This document shows positions 40,701-53,188 of a stretch of DNA of 64,000 nucleotides, in pieces. The stretch is taken from the NCBI RefSeq assembly GCF_964204645.1, contig NC_134031.1, forward strand, positions 7,440,001 through 7,504,000, read 5' to 3'. The position numbers and the translations under genes were made by a program. The notes beneath the pieces were generated by a model, which saw nothing but the letters and a program-made list of their open reading frames with translations, did no database searches and was not told the origin of the DNA. The stretch is from Tubulanus polymorphus (Eukaryota > Animalia > Nemertea). Each line of letters begins with the position of its first letter. The stretch's first letter is position 1.

Positions 40701-43395
40701 CGAATTTCAAATGCTCATTGCTGGTGATAATGTAATTATTATTCGCCATAGGTATTGTTTCATTTTAATACCCGGTGATTGATTTGATTGACATTGAAGT
40801 GTAGCGAACATTCACTTACACAAGGCCTCCACGTGTGCGCGGAAATCATAAGAAGATTAGACTGTTGCGCACACAAACACACGCGCGTACAGTATACACT
40901 ACTATAGTGATACTGTAACGCTGCTTGCTGGCGCATTTGACATTTAATCAGCAGAAGATGAGCGCTGTGTTTTCTGTTTGATAGAATTTGTAATAAATTG
41001 TTATTTCTTGTGATCTGAAAATACTAAGCAGCAAACTATAGGCATAGGTCGAGGTCTGAATATTGAAGTGGTGAATTCCAGGATTTAAAACGATCTAATA
41101 CGCCGATTTCTTACTGCACCGGTATTTTAGCTTCCGCGGCCATACATGCAGCCACCCTCTGATATGTGACATCATATGAATTTCATTTGAATATTTTTTC
41201 ATATTATGAAAATTATTTCTTTGAAAATATAAAATAGTTTCCATGCCGCGCCTACCTGTATCCTATGAAATTTTTGGTGGGGACCGTAAACAAATGTATA
41301 TCTTTGGTCTTTTGACTACAAAATAATCCTTTAAGAAAGATATTTAAACTTGTAGAACTTTGAAGTCACGAATTAAAAAGATTTTTCAAGCAATGCCCTT
41401 ACCCCAAACAACCTCTAGCTTTCAAGGTAAACCACACTTTGCCCATGGGCAATTTATTGACTTTTCTTTTAATCAGCTTGACCAAGCGCAAAGACTACGA
41501 CGTTAGAACAGACCTCACACACACACTACAGCTTCTCTGGAAAGTTTGGTTCTTGTACTACATGTATAGGTTCCTGCATAATTATGCAGGTAATGCAACA
41601 GGATGGTATGCGATGTATTCATAACATTGTCTTTCACTGCATAGTGATCAACATCCTTCAGAATACGTAGTTTTGAACACGCATGACAATAACATTGTAA
41701 TACGCATGCATTTTCTATTTCAACACGTATGAAATCGTCCCCGAAAATTGTGCGAGATCATCTGAGAATAAATAAAAAGTTTAGAAAAACAAATGAAAAA
41801 TGTGCATAACATTGATGACTATACTGTAGTTGTGATCTCGAATCTCTACCACTGATTGTTATGAGGGGTTACTGTGTTCTAGGCCGGATCTTCGGTACTG
41901 GTTCTTGACTTCTTATAATGCTCCCGTATATAACTTGTCGTTGAACGACTTCTTAAGTTATCTATTCGTATTTATTCTCTCTTAACCAGATGTGTACAAT
42001 CTTTCTCCATCGAGTTCCCTCCTCCTAAAACTTCCCTCACTTCTCTCAAGCCTCCTTCTCTTTTTCAAGCCTCCTTCTCAAACATCATAGCTTTCTTTCC
42101 CCTTTATATTATTTTATTTTTAGTAACGTGTGCAGGCACTCTTCCACACATGGCTTGGAATTCATGACACGTCACAACACTCCTCCAATCCATGTATGGA
42201 GTGTTGACGTATCTACACACGTCGCAATAACCTAAAAATATCTTTTGCACGCATCGGCGCTCATGGCCGTACCATATTAGGTTTACCTACGTGGACACAT
42301 ACGTCGCATCCAGACGTGTTTATTTACATTACTTCAACTGGTATTTATTGTTTATTTAAGACGTACGCATCAACGCAGGTTGTCTGATAACAGCAACGCT
42401 AGCCACGAACACCAGCTTCCGTACATTTATCTAAACTAATAAACTATCTCCCAACGTTACCACTGTATGGACTGATGACGTAATACAAAAACAGGAAACA
42501 TATGATACGACTAGCAAGTGATCGTAATGATACAATCGAAACCACACTCAAAAGCTTGATATTTGCCATTGGAATGATTACAAAAAGCCATTGTAAGCTC
42601 AATGGAACCTCGCGATAATGAATAACAAAGTAGTGGAAAATTCTTGATTACAAGAGGAAGCTAACGCAAAACAAATGTTTCAACGGTCATAAAGCGCACG
42701 TGGAAACGAAATTGAAAACAGTCGGCAAATGAATGTTTCCTATGCATAAAGTATCTCAATTTATAGTTATGTTAATGCAGTTAACATAGATAAATTTCAT
42801 AGATACTTTTTAATCTTTATTGTCATTGAATATTTAGTTTATATTTTAATCATTCAAGCCTGCGGCAGTCGCGTTTGGTTGACTTAATGACTGTCATTTT
42901 GAAATATCATTATAAGTTTAAAAAAGATGGATTTCTATTTTACGACTTCGATACCCGTACGTCATTTTAAAAAGGGACATTTAATGTCTGTTTTGTCATG
43001 TGTTCAACATAAAGAGCCCTTAAAAGCTAATCCTTTATGAAGTTAAACGGCAGACGATTCAATCTGTATCGCAGTTTTAATCTATACCAAGGTACGTAAT
43101 ATTCGGTTTTTCCAATTGAATGTTGTTGAAACAAAAACAGTGGGAATATAAAATAATTTTTTTGAAAACAATGAATTTTCTAATGCTTTCTACAAGCATC
43201 AGACCAGCCATTCGGCTACGTAAGTGGATGGATCCCTAGCGACAACGGCGATTTTTATTCATAGTTCGCCCCCTTTTTCAAATTTTCTAGATCCGCCCTT
43301 GCTTACGTTAAGATTTTTCTGTTAATCATTAATTATCCTATATACATGTAAAACGTATGCTCTTCTTGAATAATTGATATTGTTTTAATTTTCAG

Positions 43396-44852
43396 ATGAA
43401 ACTTCTCGTCGGCATAATAATCGGTAGTAGGATCATAATTTTATTTGCTTCGATCGACCTCGTTCGTAATTAATTTGTAAACTTGTAAACATGACCCCGA
43501 ACTTTGTATAAACCAAATCGTACGACATATCTTTGAGGCCTACCTATTTCGTGAAATATACATTCCAATGAATGTCTTCAATCAATCATCAATTCGGTTT
43601 TAGGTATCCTGTTTGTGAGTGGAGTTGTTGGCAAAACAGAGGTCACAGGGCCTGCAACTGGGACTGGTGACGATGCTGCCAGCGAAGTTCAATGTCCAGG
43701 TGGTTCTTTCGTTGTCCAATGCCGATGTTCCTCGATAAGCGATTGTGACTCGAATATGGTGGTAGGAACTGATCGGTGTAAGGTGACGCATACCGCCGGG
43801 AGACCAAAAGTCAAGGTGAGTAAAAAAAGCAAATTATATACTTTCGATGATCACTGATCGCTCATCTGGATGGTTATTTATTCCCATTTACCTCCGCACA
43901 CTTAAACCAATGGAGTGGATCACTTGAGCTTCGTTATTTCAGGGGATGTAACTATTTAGCCTTAGAAATAGAAATCATGGGGAAGGTTTATTTTTTTTAA
44001 ATCAACTATGATTCTTATAGAATGGTTCTGAGAGTCTATTAGGTCTTTAGAAGGGCCACGGGATATATAAACACAGCTGGTATTTTGTCACGAAGAGAGC
44101 CGGATTCAGGAGTTGGAATTAATATGGGAAATTTTGTCCCATCAGCTCTAAGCTGTTCGGAAGTACCCGGTACTGGAAGGAAGTTATCAATATTTCAATG
44201 ATTTTTCCCCATTCTACTAATCGGTGCTTGACCTTCTTCCCTTGATAATAACAAAAGTAAAAGGTACTCAGTTGACCCTACTGGACCCATAGTCCTGTAT
44301 AAATTGATGTCGAAAACAGAAGAATCTCTGGAAAACTATGATGAAATTTAAAAGTTCAATTGCGTGGTCTATTTCAGCCAATCGCCACGTGTGAATATAT
44401 TTGTGATCAGCAAGATTATCGTGTCGTTAGAACAACCTATTCCAGAAACCCGATAGCCACATGTCCTGATGGCTTCATTGTACGGTCTTGTGGCATATAT
44501 TACCCGTGAGTATTTGGATTTAGTTACCGAGTACTTCCAGATCAATTCGGTCAAGGCTGTAATACGTGTATTCAAAGATTCAAAGATCTTTTTGGTTTTA
44601 AGAATAGCATTAGTGCGTTGATTAAACCTGAAATCTCTGATCCCTGTTCTTATATAATGTTAAATTCATTCGCAAATATCAACGATTTTCAGATGGTCTC
44701 AATACAGTAGAATGACAACGGCGACGAAGAGCGGGAATAAACAGTGTACTGCAACTGCTACATGTTCCCGTTCAAAAGGTTGCCAGATTCAAGCAGTTTG
44801 CACAGTAGACCCAGAGGGCGCATGTAATTCAATGGTAAAAAGTAATCTGTGA
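43396..44852 (+). CDS. Small secreted cysteine-rich protein (175 aa, 14 Cys), PCSK9 C-terminal/resistin-like modules
   Basis: Exons 43396-43423, 43604-43815, 44378-44505, 44693-44852 join in phase (528 nt). Signal peptide MKLLVGIIIGILFVSGVVG. Modules EVQCPGGSFVVQCRC..CD..C..PIATC and IATCPDGFIVRSC..C..C..CQIQAVC. AATAAA at ~44979 and 45001. Confidence 0.8.
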
Positions 44853-45546
44853 AATAAGATGAGAATAATTTCACTCGCAATATAAACATGAATTCTTTAA
44901 TCAATTCTAATGGCACGGAAAGGAATTACAGACGTGCTGGTACTAGTACGTAGCACAAAGTACGAGGAGGACGCGTGGAATAAAGAAAACACAATTTTTA
45001 AATAAAATAACATCCCTCTTTAGTTGAACGAAATGTTTTTTGCCGGAACAAAAAGTGTTTTTCGGGGGAATGAAATGATTTTTCGTGGTAACGAAAATGT
45101 ATAATATGGAGACATGGTGAAAAAATATAGTTTTTCTAAACTAAATGTCGGTTAGGGTTAGGCTTACTAACCTGACTTTCTAAGCCAAATCCTAGCCTAG
45201 ACACTCTAGACAATTAGTCTCAACCGTTTACAAATTAGACATGTTATCCCAGGCCCAATAAAAGCCTTCCTAAAACAATACTTCGCAAAATTACTCTGAC
45301 AATTACCATTCACAAATTATTCCCAAAGAATAACCCCCTTCAAATTTCCCCAGAATAATAATCCCAAGACAACTCCAAACATGGGTATTCCCGCCACCTC
45401 TCCCCCAAATTTACCCTGTTGGAGGAAATTTTGTTAAGGCCAATGGTTAGATGATTTTCGAGGGGATACATCATTGGAGTGTTAGAATATTTTTGCAAAG
45501 ACGTGATCGATCCACTTGTAGATAATGCTAGTTACAGTACGTATAA

Positions 45547-46550
45547 GACTGGAACTGGGTAACTGGATGACTGGACAACTGCTCGACTGGATGTTCGGGT
45601 GACTATTGGACTGGATGTCCGGATCACTGGATGACTGGCCGACTGGGTAAAATAACCATCATCCCTGTCTCCATTATGACCACATGCACCGTGTTCAGCA
45701 TCGGCACAATCATCTCCATCACCTCCAGCATCATTATCATCATCACCGTCGTCTCCACCATCCGCACCATCACCTCCAGCATCACAAACATCACCATCAT
45801 CTCTATCACCAGCATCACCTTCATCACTACCATCGTCCCCACTGTTCCACTATACGCACCAACACATTTTCCACCATCACCAATCTCCATTATCACCACA
45901 ATTGCCTTCTCTAGCATCACCATAACTAACTTCACCATCATCATTATCTACACATTCACCCTTCTCCGAGATCATCATCATCCCCCACCATCACCATCAT
46001 CACTTACTTTGCCATCACGTCCATCAACTTCTCCAGCATCGATGACAACATCTTCGCCATTGCAACGACTAAAAGATGTGACAGTGAAATAACGGGGATC
46101 GAAACCTGGTAGAAAGCAAGCATGCTAACTAGTAGACCAATAGAACTAGTCCACTTGGCCAGTGGTTATACAGCTTGTCCTATGTGCGTAACACCATCAC
46201 CACGATCAGCTCCGGCATCACCACCACCTTCTCCATCTCACCATCACCACTACTGCCACCATCACCTTCTCCAGTATCGCCATCACCAGCGTCACCGCCA
46301 TCTCCACCAGCACCATCACCATCTTCACCACCATCTCCATCATTACTATCACCACTATCATGACTACCATCTCAATCTGCCCCATTACCACGATTTCTCG
46401 CTTCATCTCTCCTCATGATGATCAATTCTATCAACACCACCACCATCTCCGCAATCATCCCCATCATCCTCGTAATCTTCTCCGGTCATCTAGTCACATA
46501 GACGACCAGTTGTACAGTCATCCAGTCACTCGGTCACCCAGTAATCCAGC
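45547..46550. repeat. (CAY)n low-complexity tract flanked by inverted GACTGGAT-type repeats
   Basis: Degenerate CAT/CAC trinucleotide array at ~45655-46470. The ACTGGATGACTGG-rich left arm is inverted at ~46480-46550. Confidence 0.7.
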
Positions 46551-46769
46551 CAACCAATCAGCTGCGCATATACTCTGTAGATAGTTGATATGAATGAATA
46601 TGTGATTCGTCCTGGAACGACTTAACCGTAATCTACACGTGGGTCATACTTTTAATTTAATCTTTAAATGTAACTATACATGTTGCCTGAGTATATTAAA
46701 TCTTTACATAAGATTTACTATTAACAAAACTATACTATTTAAAAATCGTAACTTTATGCCTTAGTCAAG

Positions 46770-47468
46770 TTAGAATGATACGAAATACGAATGCGTTCTT
46801 CACGTCAGATATTTCACCGCATTACTTAAAGGTAGTAAACATTTAACCGACCGAAATAATTACCGAATGGCATTCCATCCAATTAACATATTCCTCTAAA
46901 GAAGACACTGAGGAAGGTCTACACATCGCTTTAAGCTTAATGTGTTGGTTGCGCCACCTCGGAGGGCTTTTTCCGAACGACCGGTCGATGACATTGACGG
47001 AGTTATCCAGAAGGCGTTTAACCTCCCGAGACTTCAACCACCTGAGGTCTCCGGCTCTATATCCCCCAAAGCATTGTAATTTAATCCAAGCGCCATCCCG
47101 AAAAGCAATGGCTTGGTCCCTGTGGCTTAAGACTGTTCTACGTTTCCCCCCTTTAGGTAATTGGCGATCCGACGTACTTTATTACCGAACGAGGGTTCCC
47201 TTCGTTGACACATGGGCTAGGGCCTGCTCATATTTACTGAATTTCGCGTACGCTTTTACTTCATTCGATTTTGCCGTGTTTCCCCTTTGGAAGAGCTTAT
47301 CCCTTCCACTAATTTGAAAATGCTGGCAAGGTTATTGACTATAATATTTTCTACGGTGCTAGTCACTAGACGGGCAATGGCATACATTTAATCTGCATTT
47401 ACCTGATTCCTTACAAGAAACCTTATGGACCTTGGTTTTTTCGCAACCGTATATCCAGATTGATTAAA
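46770..47468 (-). pseudogene. Older degenerate tyrosine-recombinase retroelement (DIRS/PAT-like), YR half
   Basis: Frameshifted minus-strand translation gives CHCP..TVENII..LASIFK, GNTAKSNEVKAYAKFSKYEQALAHVS and RDGAWIKLQCFGGYRAGDLRWLKSREVKRLLDNS..FGKS, matching the RD..F..GDRxGDL recombinase region of this clade. Confidence 0.65.
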
Positions 47469-48118
47469 AATTGGAAAAATAACCGAGACTTACCTGGAAG
47501 TTGAAGGTTGTTTCTAATTCTGTCGAACTGCTGACCAATGGAGAGGTTACATGAGATACGCATGCGTAGATCCGACAGTCAATGTTCAACTTGCGAAATT
47601 TATCACAAAGTTACAATGGTGAGGTTAACTGGGTGAGGTTAAAATAAGGGAGTGCATGTAACCTCTCCATTGGTCAGCAGTTAGACAGAATTAGAAACAA
47701 CCTTCAACTTCCAGGTAAGTCTCGGTTATTTTTCCAATTCTATCTAACTGCTGACGTCATTACGAGGTTCCATGAGATGTTCAAAGTTGTGATAAATGAG
47801 TAAACCATAAATTAAAAACAACTATAACGCAAATCTAAAATTTACCAAAACATAACAGCATATATTTGCTTCAAATTTCAGCAACCCAATCTCAGGGTTT
47901 CATAACAAAACATATTTACAGCTCAGGCGAATAAAGCAAAATGTTCGCCTAAAAAACCACCAACAACTTATTCACACTAACTGATTTGCAAAAACCACAA
48001 AATCCAATCTGCCAAAACCAAGCAGTAAGTTATCTAACAAATAACTACTCAAACTCAATGATTTTTAACAATCTTTCACCACTGCATAAAACAGATTTGT
48101 ATACACGAATATTCCAAT

Positions 48119-49044
48119 TCAAATTACATTGAAATTTGATTCATCAGCTACAGGTTTCCTGTAATATTTTCTAAACACTGATTGATTTGACCATCCTGCC
48201 GTCTTCAATATAGATTGTATAGGCGTATTATTTCTTTCTGCCGCCGTAGTTGCCGCTGACCTAGTACTGTGAGGCGTAAAAATTGTCATGTCAACTCCTG
48301 CCCTTGTAAGCATTACTCTTATCCACCTTGACAATGTATCTCTACTTATAGGTCCATGTGATTTCACATATGAAATAAAAAATTTTGTTGTATCACCACG
48401 CAATTTTTCTGTTCGATTAAGGTAAACTTTACAATAGTTCACAATACAAAGACGTCTGTCTGGTACATAGGCTTTTAATGTTATCTCGGCCTGATGGAAA
48501 CCTGGCCTGGACTGTTTTAACAAATCACCAAACCGAATTTTTAACTTGTTTGTGGTAAGCGTTATATTTCTCAAGTCGATCAGATATAGAGACTGTCCTC
48601 TCGTTGACCAGTTAACAGCGCCAGTAATAAAACAAACTTTAATGTGAGATCTTTTAGCGACAAACTAACTGCCGGAGACAGGCCTTTCAGGAAATTTAAT
48701 ACTGGTTCCACCGACCAAATAACCCTATTTCTGGGTAAAGCTGGCCTTAAATTAAATATACCTCTCATGAATCGGCTAACTATGGGTACCTGACCAATAG
48801 GAGTTTTATCTAGATACAAAAAGGTAGAAAGCGCTGATCTCGCTGTATTAATGGCACTGTAACTTAGGCCTTTAGAATACAACTCAGATAAGAAATCTAA
48901 TACATTATTTACACTTCCCTCGTAGGGATCAGCATTCCTCCGAGCACAAAAACCGAGCCATTTGCGAATTTGCGTTGAGTATTGATCACGTGAAGACTCT
49001 CGCCACGATGCCGTGATAATGTCTCTAACTTCCTGAGAAAACAC
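48119..49044 (-). pseudogene. DIRS tyrosine recombinase
   Basis: SAINTARSALS, LTGQR (catalytic Arg), FTPHSTRSA (HxxR), AGWS, FRKYY (catalytic Tyr). One frameshift near 48580-48600. Confidence 0.93.
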
Positions 49045-50963
49045 TCCGTCTGTTGTTGTACGCCCGATATCCTCGCCGCGAAAAGATTCATCTTCGGTAG
49101 CTCGCTCATCTGTCTGGACGGATGCGTAAGAAGAGTGCTGTGGACTCTGGAGGATAGGAGAATAGGATAATCAATTAGCATGTTTACACATTTAGAAAAC
49201 CAATATTGTGTAGTCCAAACTGGAGCCACAATGATTGCCTGAGCACTTTCTAGCTGCTTGGATTTTTTTGTAGCGTCTTGCCCACCAAACAGAAGGGTGG
49301 AAACGCATAGACGAACTCTTCATTACACGGTACAGAGAATGCATCAACTGCTTCTGCCTGTGGATCCGGTTTCCAAGAGAAAAACCTTGGAACCTTGTGA
49401 TTATTTCGGGATGCAAAAAGATCAATAGCTGGCTCACCCCAAATTTGACACAACTTTCTAAACACTATGTCATTCAGGCCCCATTCAGTGTTATCATGGT
49501 AAGTACGACTCATAGCGTCTGCCTCAGTGTTTAGGGCTCCTGGCAGATAAGCAGCTGTCAACCATAAACCTCTAGCCTTGCACCAAAGCCAAGTTTCCCT
49601 AGCTATAGCATTACATTTTTCCTTTCTGCCGCCCATATTATTTAAGTAGGCGACCGTGACTTGATTATCAATTCTAATCAAGATATGAGTATCTGTTTCC
49701 GTTTTACACAAAGCTTGTAGGGTGAAAAGGGCAGCTTTCATCTCAAGTTGGTTTATATGCAAAGCTGCTTCCCAGCTAGACCGATTTCCACCCGTCTTAA
49801 GATTTCCTCGTGTTCCTCCCCACCCTATGCCACTAGCGTCAGAAGTGAGGAAAATTTCTGCTGGGGGCCTGGAGATTGGGTGGCTAACTTTCATTACATT
49901 TTGAGTCCACCACTGCAGATCCTCTCTGCACTCTTGATTGAGTTTCATTTTTGCGTTATAATTTCCAGCAGAATTTTTCAGCTCTCTTAAGATTGTCACA
50001 CCTTCTATAGTATAGTTTGCCATACTCAACGGCCTGAAAACTAGCCACCATCGTACCCACTAGAACTGCTAAGTCCTGTATCTTAATAGACTCTTTCTTG
50101 AGGGCATTGCTGGCAAGTTTCAAAATTTTTTCCCTTCTTTCTTGAGTGAGGGATATAGTCATTTTTATAGAATCAAAAACCACGCCAGCAAATGTAACCC
50201 TTTGAGCAGGGTCCATCATTGATTTTACAGGATGAGTAATGAAACCTGCGCAATCAGAAACCTCATGGGTATCCCTGACAGTCTTTCTGCACAGTTGTAA
50301 GGTCTGAGCGACCATAAAACAGTCATCAATCCAGGTAACCAATTGATGCTTCCTCAATTGAGAGAGAATCACCTTGACAATTTTAGTGAACAACCTCGGA
50401 GCTGACGTTAGTCCGTTCGGCATGGCATTGTAGGAATAGTATTTATCTCTCCACCTGAACTTGAAATATTTTCTAAATTGGTCTGCAACAGGAATACATT
50501 AATACGCATCTTTCCAATCAATAGTGGCCATATAACATTTAGGAGTAATCAAGTTAATGGCAGAATCTAGGGTGTCCATCTTAAAATGATGATATACAAT
50601 GACCTTATTAAGTTCTGTAAGATCTAAGATAACTCTCAAAGAACCATCTTTTTTATCTCGAGTAAATATGTTGGATACAAATTGGTCTCGTTCTTTTTTC
50701 GACTCTTGAATGACACATTTCTGGAGCATTTTCTCTACTTCCAAATCTATCAAATCTATCTTGTGTGACATGGTGACATCGAAACAGTATGGTTTAGGTT
50801 CTCTAAACTGGTTGGATACATTCTCAAATTCAATTTCGATGCCCCTAACCAACGACAGGATGTGTCGATCAGACGTTAGAGTTTTCAAAAAATCCAAAAA
50901 CTGAGCAATTCTGCCAGCTTTAAAATTTTTTACATCTGACTGAGCTTTAGCCAAGATGGACAC
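48909..50963 (-). pseudogene. DIRS reverse transcriptase / RNase H / Dam-like methyltransferase
   Basis: RT: RVILDL, DWKDAY, MPNGLTSAPRLFTK, WIDD. RNase H: SDASGIGWGG, HINQLE, IDNQ, NTEADAMSR. MTase: DLFASRNN..YAFPPF. Contains stops and frameshifts. Confidence 0.92.
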
Positions 50964-51010
50964 CTTATATTCATCCCACTCTAGATCAAAACTAGTTACC
51001 TGCCTGTTAG

Positions 51011-52058
51011 CTACTTGTTTCTTTCGGCCTTCTTTTTGGTGCCCTGGTTGCTTTGGTATGACCTCACTCTGTTGCCGCGGCCTCTCTGGTACTGATGGTA
51101 TTGTTGGTTGGAGGATTGATGACTGGAGTACTGTTGGCGGGAGCGTTGGTATTGGTAATGGTACGCGCCGCCCCCTCGCTTCGCTAAAAAATGAGGTCTC
51201 ATTTTATAATTCTGTATTTTAGAGTCACGTTGAGAATACTCTTTGTTGAATATGGCGCCAACTTTAGAGGGGTCATTGAGCTCTTTGACCTTATTTGCCA
51301 AGTCAACTCCAAATAAAACTTCAGAGGACTCTTTAACACTCTTACTGGCACAAATCGAACGATATTTTGGGTTTATGTGAGGTCTAAGTTTGTAGCGCCT
51401 TTGCTCTGCCAACGAGTGTATGGCTGCGCATGAAAGCGCAAACACATCCATCGTCATTTTAACGGCAAGTTTCAGATCATCTTGCTCCTTATTACTGAAA
51501 GCTCGATAAAATTCATCAGCTAAATATACGCCAGCATAGGCGGCTTTCGCCATTTTTGTGCCCATTTTTTGCAATTTAACATCATGGCTTCTACATTCTG
51601 ACGATATCGAAGACCAGATTTCTGGATTGATTGCGGGAGACCCCACAGCGATATTTTCGGTCAGACTAAACTTTGCAGGGATATTTACCTGGGCCGTTTC
51701 GCTGGAGGTTCGCCCTGAATAATAGCGCACATTTTTTCTAACTTAGAGTCAATAAGACTGCCCACTTTAGATAGAATCATAGCCTCAATTCCATCAAATT
51801 CATGTGAATTTTCATCATGAATTTCAAGCGCCGGTGAGGGATTGCCCCCATTACCACGGTTAGAAGGCTTGTTTTTATCCAACTTTCTGGTACGGGATCT
51901 GTCTTACTAATTTTAGCGACTGAGGCACACTCCGCGCTCGACTTATTAGCCGAGTCACCATGATTTTGAGGAAATTGTGAAAGAACACTTACTTCGTCAT
52001 TCACTGCATTTTTCTTCCATTTCTTCCATTCTTCCATTTCTTTGGCCATGATCGGCAC
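51011..52058 (-). pseudogene. DIRS gag-like ORF1 (frameshifted)
   Basis: PAINPEIWSSI..DVKLQKM..QRRYKLRPHINPKYRSIC..LFGVDLANKVKEL, typical of DIRS ORF1. Split across three frames. Confidence 0.75.
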
Positions 52059-52373
52059 CGGTAAAATTCAAAATGGCGGAGCGGTTCCGACACGCGAACA
52101 GTGAACACCAGAAAACAAAATCCAATCGCATCCACCAACAAAAAATTTTGTAACACAATGTCAAACGCCCAGCGTTGCTTAGATGGCCTAACAAGACGAT
52201 TGCGCCTTATAAGTTAGGTTTTGACACCGATAAACGAAAATTCGATCCCTTCAATCCGAATAATAGAACGACAAAGCACTGAACTTCGCCGGATCAAGCA
52301 TGCAATTGACTGTCGGATCTACGCATGCGTATCTCATGGAACCTCGTAATGACGTCAGCAGTTAGATAGAATT

Positions 52374-53131
52374 CGACATCCCCTGGGCTAGCAGAAAGAA
52401 TGGTTGTTTGAGTGGCACTAGCCCTTGAAGATGTATCCACAGAAGCGTGGCCGTCTATCCCTTTCAGGCCTCGATAACTGAGAAACCTGGGGAAATGATT
52501 TCGGATTTCCTGCGGAAAGGGGAGATGGTACCTTGTAAAGTGTTTCAGCTTAAAGCCTGTAATGATCGCATGGCATTAGCATCCAACTTTAACATCCAAT
52601 TAGATATTTTTGTATATCACTCCATATTTCCGGATCCAGGTAGGCGTCCTGGGGAGAGACGACTCGACTCCATTTATCCAACGGGTTTGAGGCAAAATGG
52701 TATGTATGAGATGGACAGATCAATATATCGTTAGTGTAAATCCAAATATCTGCTTGACGATGTCGTTAAAACGGGTGTTTCTCTCGCCTTCTAAGTTCCA
52801 AACAGAGATAAGAGCCTTGTTATCGACCAATGTTTCGACTCTCCGGTGTTTCGACTGGCCAACTAATTTCCCGTTGAGAATTCGCAAGCCCTTCAGTTTC
52901 CTTTAGCTGTTGTCTCCTGGTAGCCAGTAATCTGTTCAAGGGTACGTGACATGTCCTTCTGTCAGTGGTACCATGCCGTATCCTGACAGGGAAGCATCTG
53001 TAGCCAATTGAAAAGAAACGTGCTTTTCCACTCTCCATTTTACAAAACCTTGCCAATCCTCGAGAACCTCCAATGCAACACGCTTAAAGTTACCATCCAC
53101 CGAAGTAATATGGAAAGTGGGCTTTCAGATC
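52374..53131 (-). pseudogene. Older degenerate tyrosine-recombinase retroelement, RNase H/MTase half
   Basis: Minus strand reads LEDWQGFVKWRVEKHVSFQLATDASLSGYG, KETEGLAN, VDNKALISVWN, IDLSISYIP..SNPLDKWSR, LDANAMRS..LKHFTRY. Contiguous with 46770-47468 once the DIRS1 element is removed. Confidence 0.72.
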
Positions 53132-53188
53132 AGAGTACGAGAGTACGAGACACCACTCATCACCACAAGTAATTTTTTTTCCTTATAA

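Larger units (their letters stand above)
47469..52373 (-). mobile_element. Full-length DIRS1-type tyrosine-recombinase retrotransposon (inactivated)
   Basis: Left ITR 52373-52305. Right ITR ~47583-47516 plus extension to 47469. Internal complementary region 47655-47778 matches both ends. Gene order gag, RT-RNaseH-methyltransferase, YR. Confidence 0.95.

Noticed and set aside
45624-46584. His-rich, Ile/Thr-rich and Met/Val-rich ORFs
   Set aside because: All frames are open because of a degenerate (CAY)n tract. No splice structure or consistent frame was found.
47469-47778. Hairpin interpreted as a MITE or ncRNA
   Set aside because: Fully explained by the DIRS right ITR pairing with the internal complementary region.
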